A stretch of DNA of 64,000 bases from Escherichia coli (GTDB lineage Bacteria; Pseudomonadota; Gammaproteobacteria; Enterobacterales; Enterobacteriaceae), in NCBI RefSeq assembly GCF_046105845.1, contig NZ_CP151004.1; one strand, 5' to 3'. This document shows, one piece after another, positions 35,117 through 51,244 of this stretch (positions within the stretch are counted from its first letter, which is position 1; every line of letters starts with the position of its first letter). Below the pieces are notes generated by a model, which was not told the DNA's origin, did no database searches, and saw only the letters and a program-made list of their open reading frames with translations. The translations under genes were made by a program, and so were the position numbers.

Positions 35117-35674
35117 TTAATTACCCTTCTTCTGTGCCGGGGTCTGGCCTTTGTTGTTTTTGTCCTGCAGCTGCGACGGCACCAGAACGGTGGTTACGCG
35201 CTTACCTTTGTCGCTGAAAGCCTGCATTTTCTGCTCTTTCACCAGGTAAGTGATCTTATCGCCCTTAATGTTGCTATCGACCTGCTGCAGATAAGCATTA
35301 CCCGTCAGAACGACAAAATCTTTTGCCAGTTCGTAGTGCATCTGGGAAGCGTGACCTTCAACGGGTTTACCATTGTCCTGCATCTGGTAGAACGTTGCCG
35401 GTTTACCGTAGCCGTCAATCACTTCTTTACCTTGTTCGCCGCCCGGACGGGTAACGACCACTTTGTCGGCATTAATTTTGATGGTGCCCTGGGTGACGAT
35501 GACATTACCGGTAAAGGTAACCACGTTGCCTTGCATATCAAGAGATTGCTGGTCCGATTCAATGTGGATCGGCTGATCAGTGTCTCCGGTTACGGCAAAT
35601 GCCGGAATGCTGGCGGCCAGAAGTGAGCTGGCAAGCACAAGATTAAGGCTGAGTTTGTTTGTTTTGAATTTCAT
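35117..35674 (-). CDS. lptA: LPS transport periplasmic protein LptA
   Basis: Start at MKFKTNKLSLNL gives 185 aa; signal peptide. Confidence 0.92.
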   Translation of the reverse strand: MKFKTNKLSLNLVLASSLLAASIPAFAVTGDTDQPIHIESDQQSLDMQGNVVTFTGNVIVTQGTIKINADKVVVTRPGGEQGKEVIDGYGKPATFYQMQDNGKPVEGHASQMHYELAKDFVVLTGNAYLQQVDSNIKGDKITYLVKEQKMQAFSDKGKRVTTVLVPSQLQDKNNKGQTPAQKKGN

Positions 35675-36218
35675 AGGATGTTCTAACCTTTTCAATCAGC
35701 TCGGCGTTCTTGCTGCGTAAGTTGCCGCGCATTTTCAGACCGCTGGAGTTAAATGTTGTTCCGTATAACGTGACGAGGTCTTCAGAGGTAACATCCTGCG
35801 TCACCAGATTGATCTGCGCGTTATCCGTCGTGATTCTGCGAAGTTGAGAGTCCGGCACAAGTGCGTTGACTTCAACGTGTCCATATAAATAGAGCATCCG
35901 GTCATTGGTCAGCTTGGCTTTATCTGCTTTTACGGACCATGTCGGGATTTTATCCTTATCAAACGTGGTAAGTACCGGCTGCGTAAACCACGAAACGGCC
36001 TGATCGGAATAATATTCAACATGTTGAGCAATCAATCGATAGCTTAGTGCCCCTTCTGGGTTATAGACGAGCGTGTCCGTATGCTCGCTTTTATAGGTGG
36101 GATCATTGTTGTTGACGACCACCTGGGCGGTATCGTCTTTTTCGGCCATATTAATGCCGATCATCACCAGAACCGCCAGTGATAGCACAATGATAACCCA
36201 ACGTCTGGCTTTACTCAT
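35643..36218 (-). CDS. lptC: LPS export system protein LptC
   Basis: 191-aa ORF with N-terminal TM anchor; overlaps lptA start. Confidence 0.92.
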   Translation of the reverse strand: MSKARRWVIIVLSLAVLVMIGINMAEKDDTAQVVVNNNDPTYKSEHTDTLVYNPEGALSYRLIAQHVEYYSDQAVSWFTQPVLTTFDKDKIPTWSVKADKAKLTNDRMLYLYGHVEVNALVPDSQLRRITTDNAQINLVTQDVTSEDLVTLYGTTFNSSGLKMRGNLRSKNAELIEKVRTSYEIQNKQTQP

Positions 36219-36781
36219 ATCGATTGCCCTTTGGCTTCATCCAGTTTGCCCTGCGCCAGGAGTAATAAGTCGCAAACTTCACGCACTGCACCACGACCGC
36301 CAGCAATGCGCGTCACGTAATCGGCGCGCGGGAGCAACAGTGGATGCGCATCGGCCACGGCGACGCTTAAACCCACTTTTTCCATTACCGGCCAGTCGAT
36401 GAGATCATCGCCGACATAAGCCACATTTTCCGGGGCAATCGCCAGTTTTTCCAGCAAATCGCTAAAGGCGATCAGTTTGTTTGACTGCCCCTGATACAAG
36501 TGAGTGATCCCCAATGTGGCACAACGATCTTCTACCAGTTTAGCCTTTCGCCCGGTAATGATAGCGACTTCAATATCAGAGGTGAGCGCACAACGAATGC
36601 CATAACCGTCACGAACATTGAACGCTTTCAGCTCTTCGCCGTTATTGCCCATATAAATCAGGCCATCTGACAGTACGCCATCGACATCGAGGATCAGCAG
36701 ACGAATGTTCTCTGCTTTTGCTATAACGTCGGCGCTGACAGGGCCGTAACAGGTCGCAAGCGACGCACCTGCTTTGCTCAT
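36215..36781 (-). CDS. kdsC: KDO 8-phosphate phosphatase
   Basis: 188-aa HAD-type ORF (ILDVDGVLSDG). Confidence 0.93.
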   Translation of the reverse strand: MSKAGASLATCYGPVSADVIAKAENIRLLILDVDGVLSDGLIYMGNNGEELKAFNVRDGYGIRCALTSDIEVAIITGRKAKLVEDRCATLGITHLYQGQSNKLIAFSDLLEKLAIAPENVAYVGDDLIDWPVMEKVGLSVAVADAHPLLLPRADYVTRIAGGRGAVREVCDLLLLAQGKLDEAKGQSI

Positions 36782-36801
36782 TGTTGTTTATCCTTGAATC
36801 T

Positions 36802-37788
36802 TTACACTACGCCTGCACGCAGTAAATCATGCATATGTAACACACCGAGTAAATGGTCGCCATCGGCAACCATCACGGAGGTGATATGGCGGGACTGCAT
36901 TAAGTTCAGTGCCTCAACGGCCAGAATGCCAGGGCGCACGCGTATTCCCCCCGGCGTCATAACATCGGCAATACTTAACTGACGAACATCCACGCCCATA
37001 TCGAAGACACGGCGTAAATCACCGTCGGTAAAGATGCCTTCAATCATCATATTGTCATCGCAAATGACAGTCATACCAAGATTTTTGCGGGTAACTTCCA
37101 GCAATGCGTCACGCAGACTGGCCGTTTTCTTAACATGCGGGATCTCATCGCCCGTATGCATAATATCGTTTACGCGCAGCAGAAGTTTACGACCCAGTGC
37201 GCCGCCTGGGTGTGAGAGCGCAAAATCTTCAGCAGTAAAGCCGCGTGCTTTTAACAGAGCGACAGCGAGGGCATCGCCCATAACCAGCGTGGCGGTGGTG
37301 CTGCTGGTCGGTGCCAGCCCTAACGGACAGGCTTCTTTCGCTACTTTAACACACAGATGCACATCTGCGGCGCGCGCCATGCTGCTCTCCGGGCGACCGG
37401 TGATGCAGATTAACGGTACGTGAAGACGCTTAAGCACTGGAATTAAGGCCGTGATTTCGCTGGATTCACCTGAGTTAGAGATAGCAATCACCACATCCTG
37501 TGGGGTGACCATGCCTAAATCACCATGCGCGGCTTCACCAGGATGGACGAAAAATGAAGGTGTACCGGTGCTGGCAAACGTTGCCGCCATTTTGCGCCCA
37601 ATATGCCCCGATTTCCCCATCCCCATGACGACAACTTTCCCTTTACACCAGAACATCTTTTCACAGGCAAGCGTGAAATTCTGATTGATGTATTGATCAA
37701 GCTCCGCCAGGCATTCACGTTCAATCGCCAGGACTTCTTTACCTGCTTGCTGAAAGTCAAAACCCGGTTGTAACTCTACGTGCGACAT
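36802..37788 (-). CDS. kdsD: D-arabinose 5-phosphate isomerase
   Basis: Start at MSHVELQPGFDF gives 328 aa; SIS plus CBS domains. Confidence 0.93.
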   Translation of the reverse strand: MSHVELQPGFDFQQAGKEVLAIERECLAELDQYINQNFTLACEKMFWCKGKVVVMGMGKSGHIGRKMAATFASTGTPSFFVHPGEAAHGDLGMVTPQDVVIAISNSGESSEITALIPVLKRLHVPLICITGRPESSMARAADVHLCVKVAKEACPLGLAPTSSTTATLVMGDALAVALLKARGFTAEDFALSHPGGALGRKLLLRVNDIMHTGDEIPHVKKTASLRDALLEVTRKNLGMTVICDDNMMIEGIFTDGDLRRVFDMGVDVRQLSIADVMTPGGIRVRPGILAVEALNLMQSRHITSVMVADGDHLLGVLHMHDLLRAGVV

Positions 37789-37801
37789 AATGCGTTTCCA
37801 G

Positions 37802-38779
37802 TTATTCAACGAGTATTGGCGATAACCAGTACAACATCGCCAGCCATACGATAAATCCGCCAGTTAATAATACCCCTACACCACGGCCCGATTGCGGGGA
37901 GCGCCGCCAGCACAGCAACGCAAAAATAATGCTCACCAGCAACATCACGCTGTAGTCACGACTGTACGCCAGTGGATCAATCTCTCCTGGCGTTATCAGC
38001 GCGGGTAAACCCAACACGATGACAATATTAAAAATGTTTGCGCCAATGATATTTCCGACCGCAATGTCGTTTTCACCTTTGCGAACCCCCGCTATTGCGG
38101 TTGCCAGTTCCGGCAGGCTGGTTCCGATAGCAATTGCCGTCAGACCCATCGTCAACTCGCTGATGGCAAAGTAATTCGCCAGCACCGTGGCGTTATCAAC
38201 CACCATCCGCGTGGCCACTGGCATGATGATAAGCGCAATGCCGAGCCATAAAAACGCGACGGGCAATCCGCCGTCACGCGGCAGCTCTGCAAGCTGCTCT
38301 CTGGTCAGGCTGTCAGTCCCCTGACGTTCAGCCTGACGTGCAAGTTTAACAATGAACAGCAGCCATAGCACAGCCAGAAAGAGGAGAAAGATACCATCGC
38401 TGCGACTAAGTTGTCCGTCATAGAGTACGGAACCGGCCACCACGCTGACCAACAACATTAAGGGTAATTCACGGCGTAGAACATCAGAATGGACGGTAAA
38501 AGGACGAACCAGCGCAGCCAGACCGAGGATCAGCAATATATTGATAATGTTTGAGCCGAGGGCTGTACCAACGGCTAAATTGCGTTGTTCGTGCAGTGAC
38601 GCGGCAAGCGAGACGATGATTTCTGGTAACGATGTACCAATACTGACCACCGTCATGCCGATGATCAGCGGCGGGATGCCAAAGGTTCGGCAAAGAATGG
38701 ACGCGGCAAAAACCAGGCGGTCGGCACTGTAAACGACCAAAAGTAAACCAACAATTAACAGTGCCGTAGCTAAAAGCAT
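37802..38779 (-). CDS. yrbG: Cation/Ca2+ exchanger family membrane protein YrbG
   Basis: 325-aa polytopic ORF with two GTSLPE-type alpha repeats. Confidence 0.88.
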   Translation of the reverse strand: MLLATALLIVGLLLVVYSADRLVFAASILCRTFGIPPLIIGMTVVSIGTSLPEIIVSLAASLHEQRNLAVGTALGSNIINILLILGLAALVRPFTVHSDVLRRELPLMLLVSVVAGSVLYDGQLSRSDGIFLLFLAVLWLLFIVKLARQAERQGTDSLTREQLAELPRDGGLPVAFLWLGIALIIMPVATRMVVDNATVLANYFAISELTMGLTAIAIGTSLPELATAIAGVRKGENDIAVGNIIGANIFNIVIVLGLPALITPGEIDPLAYSRDYSVMLLVSIIFALLCWRRSPQSGRGVGVLLTGGFIVWLAMLYWLSPILVE

Positions 38780-38988
38780 CTAACGTCCTTTCTTCAGGTA
38801 TACTCGCCGGTCCGCTGAAGATTTTCAGAAAGCCGTAACGGATTCTTAATTTTGACTTTATGCGGCTAAAAAGTAAAACAAATGCCAGCTTTCGCTAACC
38901 ACGGCGGGTAATATTCTGTAAATATGTTGGGTTCAAGGTTAAATTGAGCGCCATGCTTAGAAAATCAACGCAAGACGAAGGGTGAATT

Positions 38989-40588
<1,600 letters not shown>

Positions 40589-40592
40589 GTTC

Positions 40593-41144
40593 ATGCAAAC
40601 GAAAAAAAATGAAATTTGGGTGGGTATCTTTTTATTAGCAGCACTACTGGCGGCGCTGTTTGTTTGCCTGAAGGCGGCGAACGTGACGTCCATACGTACT
40701 GAACCGACCTACACGCTTTATGCGACGTTCGATAACATTGGCGGCCTGAAAGCGCGCTCTCCGGTCAGCATTGGTGGTGTTGTTGTGGGCCGGGTGGCGG
40801 ATATTACGCTGGACCCGAAAACATATCTGCCGCGCGTAACGCTGGAAATTGAACAACGTTATAACCACATTCCTGATACCAGTTCGCTGAGCATTCGTAC
40901 TTCCGGCCTGCTGGGGGAACAATATCTGGCATTAAACGTCGGTTTTGAAGACCCGGAACTGGGGACTGCTATCCTGAAGGATGGCGATACAATTCAGGAC
41001 ACCAAGTCTGCGATGGTGCTGGAAGATCTTATTGGTCAGTTCCTTTACGGTAGTAAAGGCGATGACAATAAGAATAGTGGCGATGCGCCAGCTGCTGCGC
41101 CAGGTAATAATGAAACCACTGAACCTGTGGGTACAACGAAATAA
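40593..41144 (+). CDS. mlaD: MCE-domain phospholipid-binding protein MlaD
   Basis: Start at MQTKKNEIWVGIF gives 183 aa. Confidence 0.92.
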   Translation: MQTKKNEIWVGIFLLAALLAALFVCLKAANVTSIRTEPTYTLYATFDNIGGLKARSPVSIGGVVVGRVADITLDPKTYLPRVTLEIEQRYNHIPDTSSLSIRTSGLLGEQYLALNVGFEDPELGTAILKDGDTIQDTKSAMVLEDLIGQFLYGSKGDDNKNSGDAPAAAPGNNETTEPVGTTK

Positions 41145-41797
<653 letters not shown>

Positions 41798-41798
<1 letters not shown>

Positions 41799-42091
41799 TG
41801 AGCGAGTCACTGAGCTGGATGCAGACGGGTGACACGCTGGCGCTATCCGGAGAGCTGGATCAGGACGTTCTGCTACCGCTTTGGGAAATGCGTGAGGAAG
41901 CGGTGAAGGGGATTACCTGCATCGATCTTAGCCGTGTGTCCCGCGTGGATACGGGTGGACTGGCACTGCTGCTCCATCTTATCGATCTGGCGAAAAAGCA
42001 GGGCAACAACGTGACGCTTCAGGGGGTAAACGATAAAGTGTATACCCTGGCGAAATTGTATAATTTGCCTGCTGATGTTCTGCCTCGTTAA
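41798..42091 (+). CDS. mlaB: STAS-domain protein MlaB
   Basis: Start at MSESLSWMQTGD gives 97 aa; TAATG overlap with mlaC stop. Confidence 0.9.
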
Positions 42092-42250
42092 ATTTTTTCA
42101 GGCCGGATATGGCGTTAACCGCCGGTCCGGCAAACCTGCCTGCAAGTCGAGCCTTGTCTGATTTATCAGCGAGGCTTTTTGCTTATTTATGCCAGCGCAA
42201 CTTTGCTCTAAGATGTTTCGCTGGTTTATTAACTGATGATTGAAGATCCC

Positions 42251-42505
42251 ATGGAAAATAATGAAATTCAGAGCGTGTTGATGAACGCTCTCTCCCTCCA
42301 GGAAGTCCACGTTTCCGGCGATGGCAGCCACTTTCAGGTTATTGCCGTGGGTGAGTTGTTTGACGGCATGAGTCGGGTTAAAAAACAGCAGACGGTCTAT
42401 GGCCCGCTGATGGAATATATTGCGGATAACCGCATTCATGCTGTGTCGATCAAAGCGTATACCCCTGCGGAGTGGGCGCGCGATCGCAAACTGAACGGCT
42501 TTTGA
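42251..42505 (+). CDS. ibaG: BolA-family protein IbaG
   Basis: Start at [14 protein letters not shown] gives 84 aa. Confidence 0.9.
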
Positions 42506-42559
42506 GCTATGGGCGATTCGCCGGTAGCGGATATGAATTGTTAACTGAGAACAAACTAA

Positions 42560-43819
<1,260 letters not shown>

Positions 43820-43866
43820 TCGTCTGAGAGCTGGCAGCCCCGTTCGCGGGGCTACCGCCAGACCAC

Positions 43867-44145
43867 TCATTTTTTCGGTTTAGTGTAGCTACGCATCAAC
43901 TGCGTTCTGTCGATAAACTCATGGGTCTGCGGATCATGGTAGCGTGATGGCCATATAACCCAGGGGTCAGTTCCCAGGGCTTTCGCAATAATCATCTCTC
44001 CTTTCGGCCAGGGGCGCGATAATGCGTTCGCCAGCGTTGAGGAACTCAAACCATTTCTGCGAGATTCCGCCGCCATTGACGTTCCCTTCTTGCGCAAACC
44101 CGCAATGATGTCAGCGGGATGCCAGTCAATGAAATTACTTTCCAT
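43867..44145 (-). CDS. sfsB: Ner-like DNA-binding regulator SfsB/Nlp
   Basis: 92-aa ORF matching SfsB (MESNFIDWHPADIIAGLRKKG). Confidence 0.9.
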   Translation of the reverse strand: MESNFIDWHPADIIAGLRKKGTSMAAESRRNGLSSSTLANALSRPWPKGEMIIAKALGTDPWVIWPSRYHDPQTHEFIDRTQLMRSYTKPKK

Positions 44146-44373
44146 CTTTCCTCACTCCTTAAGTTAGTCGCTTTCATTCAGAACACTTCTTCTGTCGAGC
44201 ATCACTATACTCCTGATGGCCTATTGTTCTAAAAAGTTCCTGTAAAGAGTGTGAATATTCAGAATATATAAAGATACATACACTGGTTTTTCAGGCGTTA
44301 TTGCGCTGAATAAGTGTTTTTATGGAACATATTGGAATCATCCCGCGCACTGCGCGGGATGAGGGGGAGGGGA

Positions 44374-45345
44374 TTAACGATCGCGTTGAACAGCGATGTG
44401 CGCGAGGCCGATGAGTGCTTCTCGCCACGGGGTGTCCGGGAGCACCTGTAACGCTGCGATGGCTTTGTCTGCTTCTTCCTCGGCACGCTGACGCGTCCAT
44501 TCAAGAGATCCACAAGCGTTCATTGCTTCCAGAACCGGTTCCAGAAGATGGCGACCGTTACCCTGTTCGATGGCGGTACGAATCATCTGTGCCTGTTCTG
44601 GTGTGCCATGATGCATTGCATGCAGCAGCGGCAGCGTCGGTTTACCTTCGTTCAGATCGTCGCCGACGTTTTTACCTAACTGTTCGCCATCGGCATTGTA
44701 ATCGAGTAAATCGTCGATCAACTGGAAAGCAGTGCCGAGATAGCGCCCATAATCCTGCAGGCCTTTCTCCTCCTCCGGCGTACAGCCAGCCAGAATCCCG
44801 GAACACTGCGCGGCAGCCTCAAACAGACGCGCGGTTTTGCTATAGATAACGCGCATGTAGTTTTCTTCAGTGATGTCCGGATCGTTAACGTTCATCAGTT
44901 GCAGAACTTCACCTTCTGCGATGACGTTTACGGCTTCTGACATGACTTCCAGCACTTTGAGCGAACCGAGGCTGGTCATCATCTGGAACGCGCGGGTATA
45001 AATAAAATCGCCTACCAGCACGCTGGCGGCATTGCCAAATGCGGCGTTGGCGGTAGCTTTACCCCTGCGCATATCTGATTCATCCACAACGTCGTCGTGC
45101 AGCAGAGTCGCCGTGTGGATAAACTCGATCAGGGCAGCAATGGTGACATGCGCATTTCCCTCATAGCCAACAGCTCGTGCAGCCAGTACAGCAATCATCG
45201 GACGAATACGTTTACCGCCGCCGCTGACGATGTAATAGCCTAACTGATTGATCAGTTGGACGTCGGAATTAAGCTGCTCAAGGATTGCCGCATTAACACC
45301 CGCCATATCTTGCGCGGTTAACTCATTGATTTTTTCTAAATTCAT
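44374..45345 (-). CDS. ispB: Octaprenyl diphosphate synthase
   Basis: 323-aa ORF with two Asp-rich motifs (LLHDDVVDES, DDLLD). Confidence 0.94.
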   Translation of the reverse strand: MNLEKINELTAQDMAGVNAAILEQLNSDVQLINQLGYYIVSGGGKRIRPMIAVLAARAVGYEGNAHVTIAALIEFIHTATLLHDDVVDESDMRRGKATANAAFGNAASVLVGDFIYTRAFQMMTSLGSLKVLEVMSEAVNVIAEGEVLQLMNVNDPDITEENYMRVIYSKTARLFEAAAQCSGILAGCTPEEEKGLQDYGRYLGTAFQLIDDLLDYNADGEQLGKNVGDDLNEGKPTLPLLHAMHHGTPEQAQMIRTAIEQGNGRHLLEPVLEAMNACGSLEWTRQRAEEEADKAIAALQVLPDTPWREALIGLAHIAVQRDR

Positions 45346-45567
45346 CGCAAAAGCCGGGCTTTTCGCCCCGATTACCTTACTGTGAACAAAGGCAACTTAG
45401 GGTTTATGGTTAGGAATATAGGGTGATTGTACTGAAAAAATGGCACAGATAAACGTTACCGTACAAGTTGTGTTTTTTTTCTTCGTGTATTGACTGTAGC
45501 ACTTGTCAAAGGCGTGCGTTTTGCGTAATATTCGCGCCCTATTGTGAATATTTATAGCGCACTCTGA

Positions 45568-46193
<626 letters not shown>

Positions 46194-46217
46194 GTTTTTC
46201 GCGTCCCGGTAACGGAT

Positions 46218-46248
46218 GAAAGCCCCGCAACACGTTGCGGGGCTTTTT
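46218..46248 (+). terminator. Intrinsic terminator after rplU-rpmA
   Basis: agccccgcaac/gttgcggggct stem followed by T-run. Confidence 0.85.
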
Positions 46249-46319
46249 ACATTCGATAACCGGTAAAAATGCGCATGGTGCGACGTTAATTCGCAAATGC
46301 GCTTTGCAGGGAATACGGT

Positions 46320-47285
46320 ATGAAGCAGCAGGCAGGCATTGGCATTCTTTTGGCGCTCACCACAGCAATTTGCTGGGGGGCGTTGCCAATCGCAATGAAG
46401 CAGGTGCTGGAGGTGATGGAACCTCCGACAATCGTGTTTTACCGTTTCTTGATGGCGAGTATTGGCCTGGGTGCCATTCTTGCGGTGAAGAAGAGGTTGC
46501 CGCCATTACGCGTGTTTCGTAAGCCACGCTGGTTGATTTTGTTGGCAGTGGCGACCGCCGGGCTGTTTGGGAACTTCATCCTGTTCAGCTCATCCTTGCA
46601 ATACCTGAGTCCGACCGCTTCGCAGGTGATTGGGCAACTCTCGCCAGTTGGCATGATGGTTGCCAGCGTATTTATCCTGAAAGAGAAAATGCGCAGCACT
46701 CAGGTTGTAGGGGCATTGATGCTCCTGAGCGGCCTGGTGATGTTTTTTAACACCAGTCTGGTCGAGATATTTACAAAGCTCACCGATTACACCTGGGGAG
46801 TTATCTTTGGGGTCGGTGCTGCGACGGTTTGGGTGAGTTATGGCGTGGCGCAAAAGGTTTTATTGCGTCGGCTGGCCTCACCGCAGATTCTGTTTTTACT
46901 GTACACTTTATGTACAATTGCGCTCTTCCCTCTGGCAAAGCCTGGAGTGATAGCGCAGCTTAGCCACTGGCAGCTCGCATGTTTAATTTTTTGCGGACTG
47001 AATACATTGGTAGGATATGGCGCCCTGGCGGAAGCGATGGCTCGCTGGCAGGCAGCGCAGGTGAGCGCGATCATTACGCTCACCCCACTGTTTACGCTGT
47101 TTTTTTCAGATCTTTTATCACTGGCCTGGCCCGATTTCTTCGCCAGACCGATGTTAAACCTTTTAGGTTATCTCGGTGCGTTTGTCGTGGTTGCGGGCGC
47201 GATGTATTCCGCCATTGGTCATCGTATTTGGGGCGGATTACGTAAGCATACAACGGTGGTATCGCAACCCCGCGCAGGCGAATGA
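46320..47285 (+). CDS. yhbE: EamA/DMT-family transporter YhbE
   Basis: 321-aa polytopic membrane ORF between rpmA and obgE. Confidence 0.88.
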   Translation: MKQQAGIGILLALTTAICWGALPIAMKQVLEVMEPPTIVFYRFLMASIGLGAILAVKKRLPPLRVFRKPRWLILLAVATAGLFGNFILFSSSLQYLSPTASQVIGQLSPVGMMVASVFILKEKMRSTQVVGALMLLSGLVMFFNTSLVEIFTKLTDYTWGVIFGVGAATVWVSYGVAQKVLLRRLASPQILFLLYTLCTIALFPLAKPGVIAQLSHWQLACLIFCGLNTLVGYGALAEAMARWQAAQVSAIITLTPLFTLFFSDLLSLAWPDFFARPMLNLLGYLGAFVVVAGAMYSAIGHRIWGGLRKHTTVVSQPRAGE

Positions 47286-48473
<1,188 letters not shown>

Positions 48474-48477
48474 TCAG

Positions 48478-48510
48478 CAAAACCCCGGCCATGCGCCGGG
48501 GTTTCTTTTT
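48478..48510. terminator. Bidirectional terminator between obgE and dacB
   Basis: ccccggc/gccgggg stem flanked by A-run and T-run between convergent stops. Confidence 0.8.
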
Positions 48511-48512
48511 GA

Positions 48513-49946
48513 CTAATTGTTCTGATAAATATCTTTGTACAAACGGCTTTCAAAACGCACTAACGGAATACGGCGATTACGCTGATCCGCGGGTTCTACT
48601 GCATAGCCGGAAAGATATTGCACAAACGCCATTCGTTGCCCGCTCGCCGTGGTAATGAATCCCGCCAGGTTATATACCCCCTGCAACGAGCCGGTTTTCG
48701 CTGAGACTTTGCCATCCACGCCCGCCTGATGCAGACCTGCACGGTACTGCAAAGAGCCGTCATAGCCCGCCAGCGGCAGCATAGAGATAAAGTTAAGTTC
48801 ATTGTCGTGTTGGGCTATGTATTGCAGCACCTGCATCATGGTGGCGGGGGCAATCAGGTTATGCCGCGAAAGCCCTGAACCATCGGCAATAATGGTGTTA
48901 CCAATATCGACACCGGCTTGCTGGCGCAGGATCTGACGCACGGCGTCCGACCCGGCCCGCCATGTTCCAGGCACATTGAAGCGCGCATGGCCTATCATGC
49001 GGAAAACCGTATCGGCAATCATGTTGTCCGACTTTTTCAGCATAATCTTAAGCAGATCGTGCAGCGGGGCCGACTGTTTACTGGCAACTACCGTTCCAGG
49101 TTCGTTAACCTGCGTCTGACGCAGCAGTGTTCCGCTCCAGGTGATACCTGCCTGTTTTAACTCATCTTTCAGAATTGCTCCGGCATAGCTGGCTCCATCC
49201 TGCACGGCAAAAGCCAACGGGAGCGGCTCAGAACGTTGTGGCAGGCATCCGGTCAGCGTAAAGCGGTTCAGGTCGCCTGGCACCACATCCAGCTCGCAAT
49301 ATTGCGCTTCGGCAGAACCACGGGGGAGGGTGCGTACCTGGCTGAACATCGTAACGGGGTAATAAGATGCCACGCGTATAAAAGCCATATCACCAGGTTT
49401 TGGGGCACTGTAGAGCGAGACGGAGAAACAGTTGCGGTCAACTATGGCGGCAGCAGGCGGAGCGCTAAAGCATTGTGTCATGTCATTCCATGGCCAGCCG
49501 GGGGCTTTATCGTGGCTGGCGAAAATGGAGGTATCTATCAACACATTGCCATCGATTTGGTTGACGCCAGATTTTTTCAAAGTCGCGACCATATTGCGAA
49601 TATCCTGACGTTTTAACGTCGGATCGGCACCAAATCGCGCCACTAAGTCACCCTTAAGTACGCCGTTTTCCACATTACCTTTGGTTTCAAGCGTCGTGGT
49701 AAAACGAAAATCGGGGCCGAGTTGAATCAACGCCGCCAGTGCAGTAATCACTTTCTGCGTACTGGCGGGCAGCGCCATCTGCTGACTGTGGTAATCAATA
49801 GCGGGGGCCGACGCGCCGACTTTTTGCACCATCAGGGCAAGGTTGGCACCAGCGGGGAGTTGAGTAATGTACTCATCAACATTTGCGGCCTGAACACTGA
49901 ACGCTATACAGCTGGTCAATCCGATGATAAATCTGGAAAATCGCAT
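48513..49946 (-). CDS. dacB: D-alanyl-D-alanine carboxypeptidase/endopeptidase PBP4
   Basis: 477-aa ORF with signal peptide and STQK active-site motif. Confidence 0.94.
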   Translation of the reverse strand: MRFSRFIIGLTSCIAFSVQAANVDEYITQLPAGANLALMVQKVGASAPAIDYHSQQMALPASTQKVITALAALIQLGPDFRFTTTLETKGNVENGVLKGDLVARFGADPTLKRQDIRNMVATLKKSGVNQIDGNVLIDTSIFASHDKAPGWPWNDMTQCFSAPPAAAIVDRNCFSVSLYSAPKPGDMAFIRVASYYPVTMFSQVRTLPRGSAEAQYCELDVVPGDLNRFTLTGCLPQRSEPLPLAFAVQDGASYAGAILKDELKQAGITWSGTLLRQTQVNEPGTVVASKQSAPLHDLLKIMLKKSDNMIADTVFRMIGHARFNVPGTWRAGSDAVRQILRQQAGVDIGNTIIADGSGLSRHNLIAPATMMQVLQYIAQHDNELNFISMLPLAGYDGSLQYRAGLHQAGVDGKVSAKTGSLQGVYNLAGFITTASGQRMAFVQYLSGYAVEPADQRNRRIPLVRFESRLYKDIYQNN

Positions 49947-50065
49947 AATCTCGCGCTAACAACCTGGAATCGAGCCGTCATACTACGGCGCAACGCCCTA
50001 TAAAGTAAACGATGACCCTTCGGGAACTTCAGGGTAAAATGACTATCAAAATGTGAATTGTAGCT

Positions 50066-50099
50066 GACCTGGGACTTGTACCCGGGTCGGTATTTTTTT
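50066..50099 (+). promoter_or_regulatory. greA leader intrinsic terminator (GraL-type attenuator)
   Basis: gacctggg/cccgggtc hairpin followed by T7 run about 95 nt upstream of greA start; matches the known leader terminator that yields the GraL RNA. Confidence 0.55.
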
Positions 50100-50193
50100 G
50101 CTTCTGGTCCCGGTGAGGAGTTATGCCGGGCAGGCCGAACAGCCGGGGTGGGTGAAGACTTGCCCCATCAGGAATATTCAAGAGGTATAACAA

Positions 50194-50670
<477 letters not shown>

Positions 50671-50712
50671 GAATTACCCAATACTCAAGATGTTGATGTA
50701 TTGTAAAGAAAG

Positions 50713-50738
50713 GAAAAAGGCCGCTATGCGGCCTTTTA
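50713..50738. terminator. Terminator between greA and yhbY
   Basis: ggccgc/gcggcc stem with flanking A-run and T-run between convergent genes. Confidence 0.75.
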
Positions 50739-50825
50739 TCAACGAACAGAGCGTGGCATTTTGCTCTCCTGCCTGCGGAAAACCCCTCGTTTTACACAGC
50801 AAATGTGTGTAACTTTAGGATAATC

Positions 50826-51119
50826 TTAGCGTGGCAGCGAGATTTTACGTTCTTTAGTTGGGCGATAAAGCACCAGCGTTTTACCGATGACCTGTACATT
50901 ACAGGCGCCGGTTTCGCGCACGATAGCTTCCACGATCAAGGTTTTAGTTTCGCGATCTTCGGTGGCGATTTTCACCTTGATGAGTTCATGGTGCTCTAAC
51001 GCTTGTTCAATCTCGGCCAGCACCCCTTCGGTCAAACCATTACTGCCAAGCAGAACAACTGGCTTGAGCGGATGTGCCAGACCTTTCAGGTGCTGTTTTT
51101 GTTTAGTACTCAGATTCAT
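50826..51119 (-). CDS. yhbY: CRS1/YhbY RNA-binding protein
   Basis: 97-aa ORF MNLSTKQKQHLKGLAHPLKPVV... Confidence 0.92.
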   Translation of the reverse strand: MNLSTKQKQHLKGLAHPLKPVVLLGSNGLTEGVLAEIEQALEHHELIKVKIATEDRETKTLIVEAIVRETGACNVQVIGKTLVLYRPTKERKISLPR

Positions 51120-51244
51120 CGTATTTTTTGCTTACGTTGGGATTGAAAACGGGTCATTCTACCGCCATCTCCCATATATCACCAAATAGGCGCGTAAAAA
51201 TTTACGCAATTGGTTACGATGAGTTATCCCCATGGGAAAGTTAA

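Noticed and set aside
42100-42135. Palindrome after mlaB (ggccggat...ccggtccggc) as a possible REP element
   Set aside because: Could equally be an ordinary terminator stem; cannot tell REP from terminator without a comparison set.
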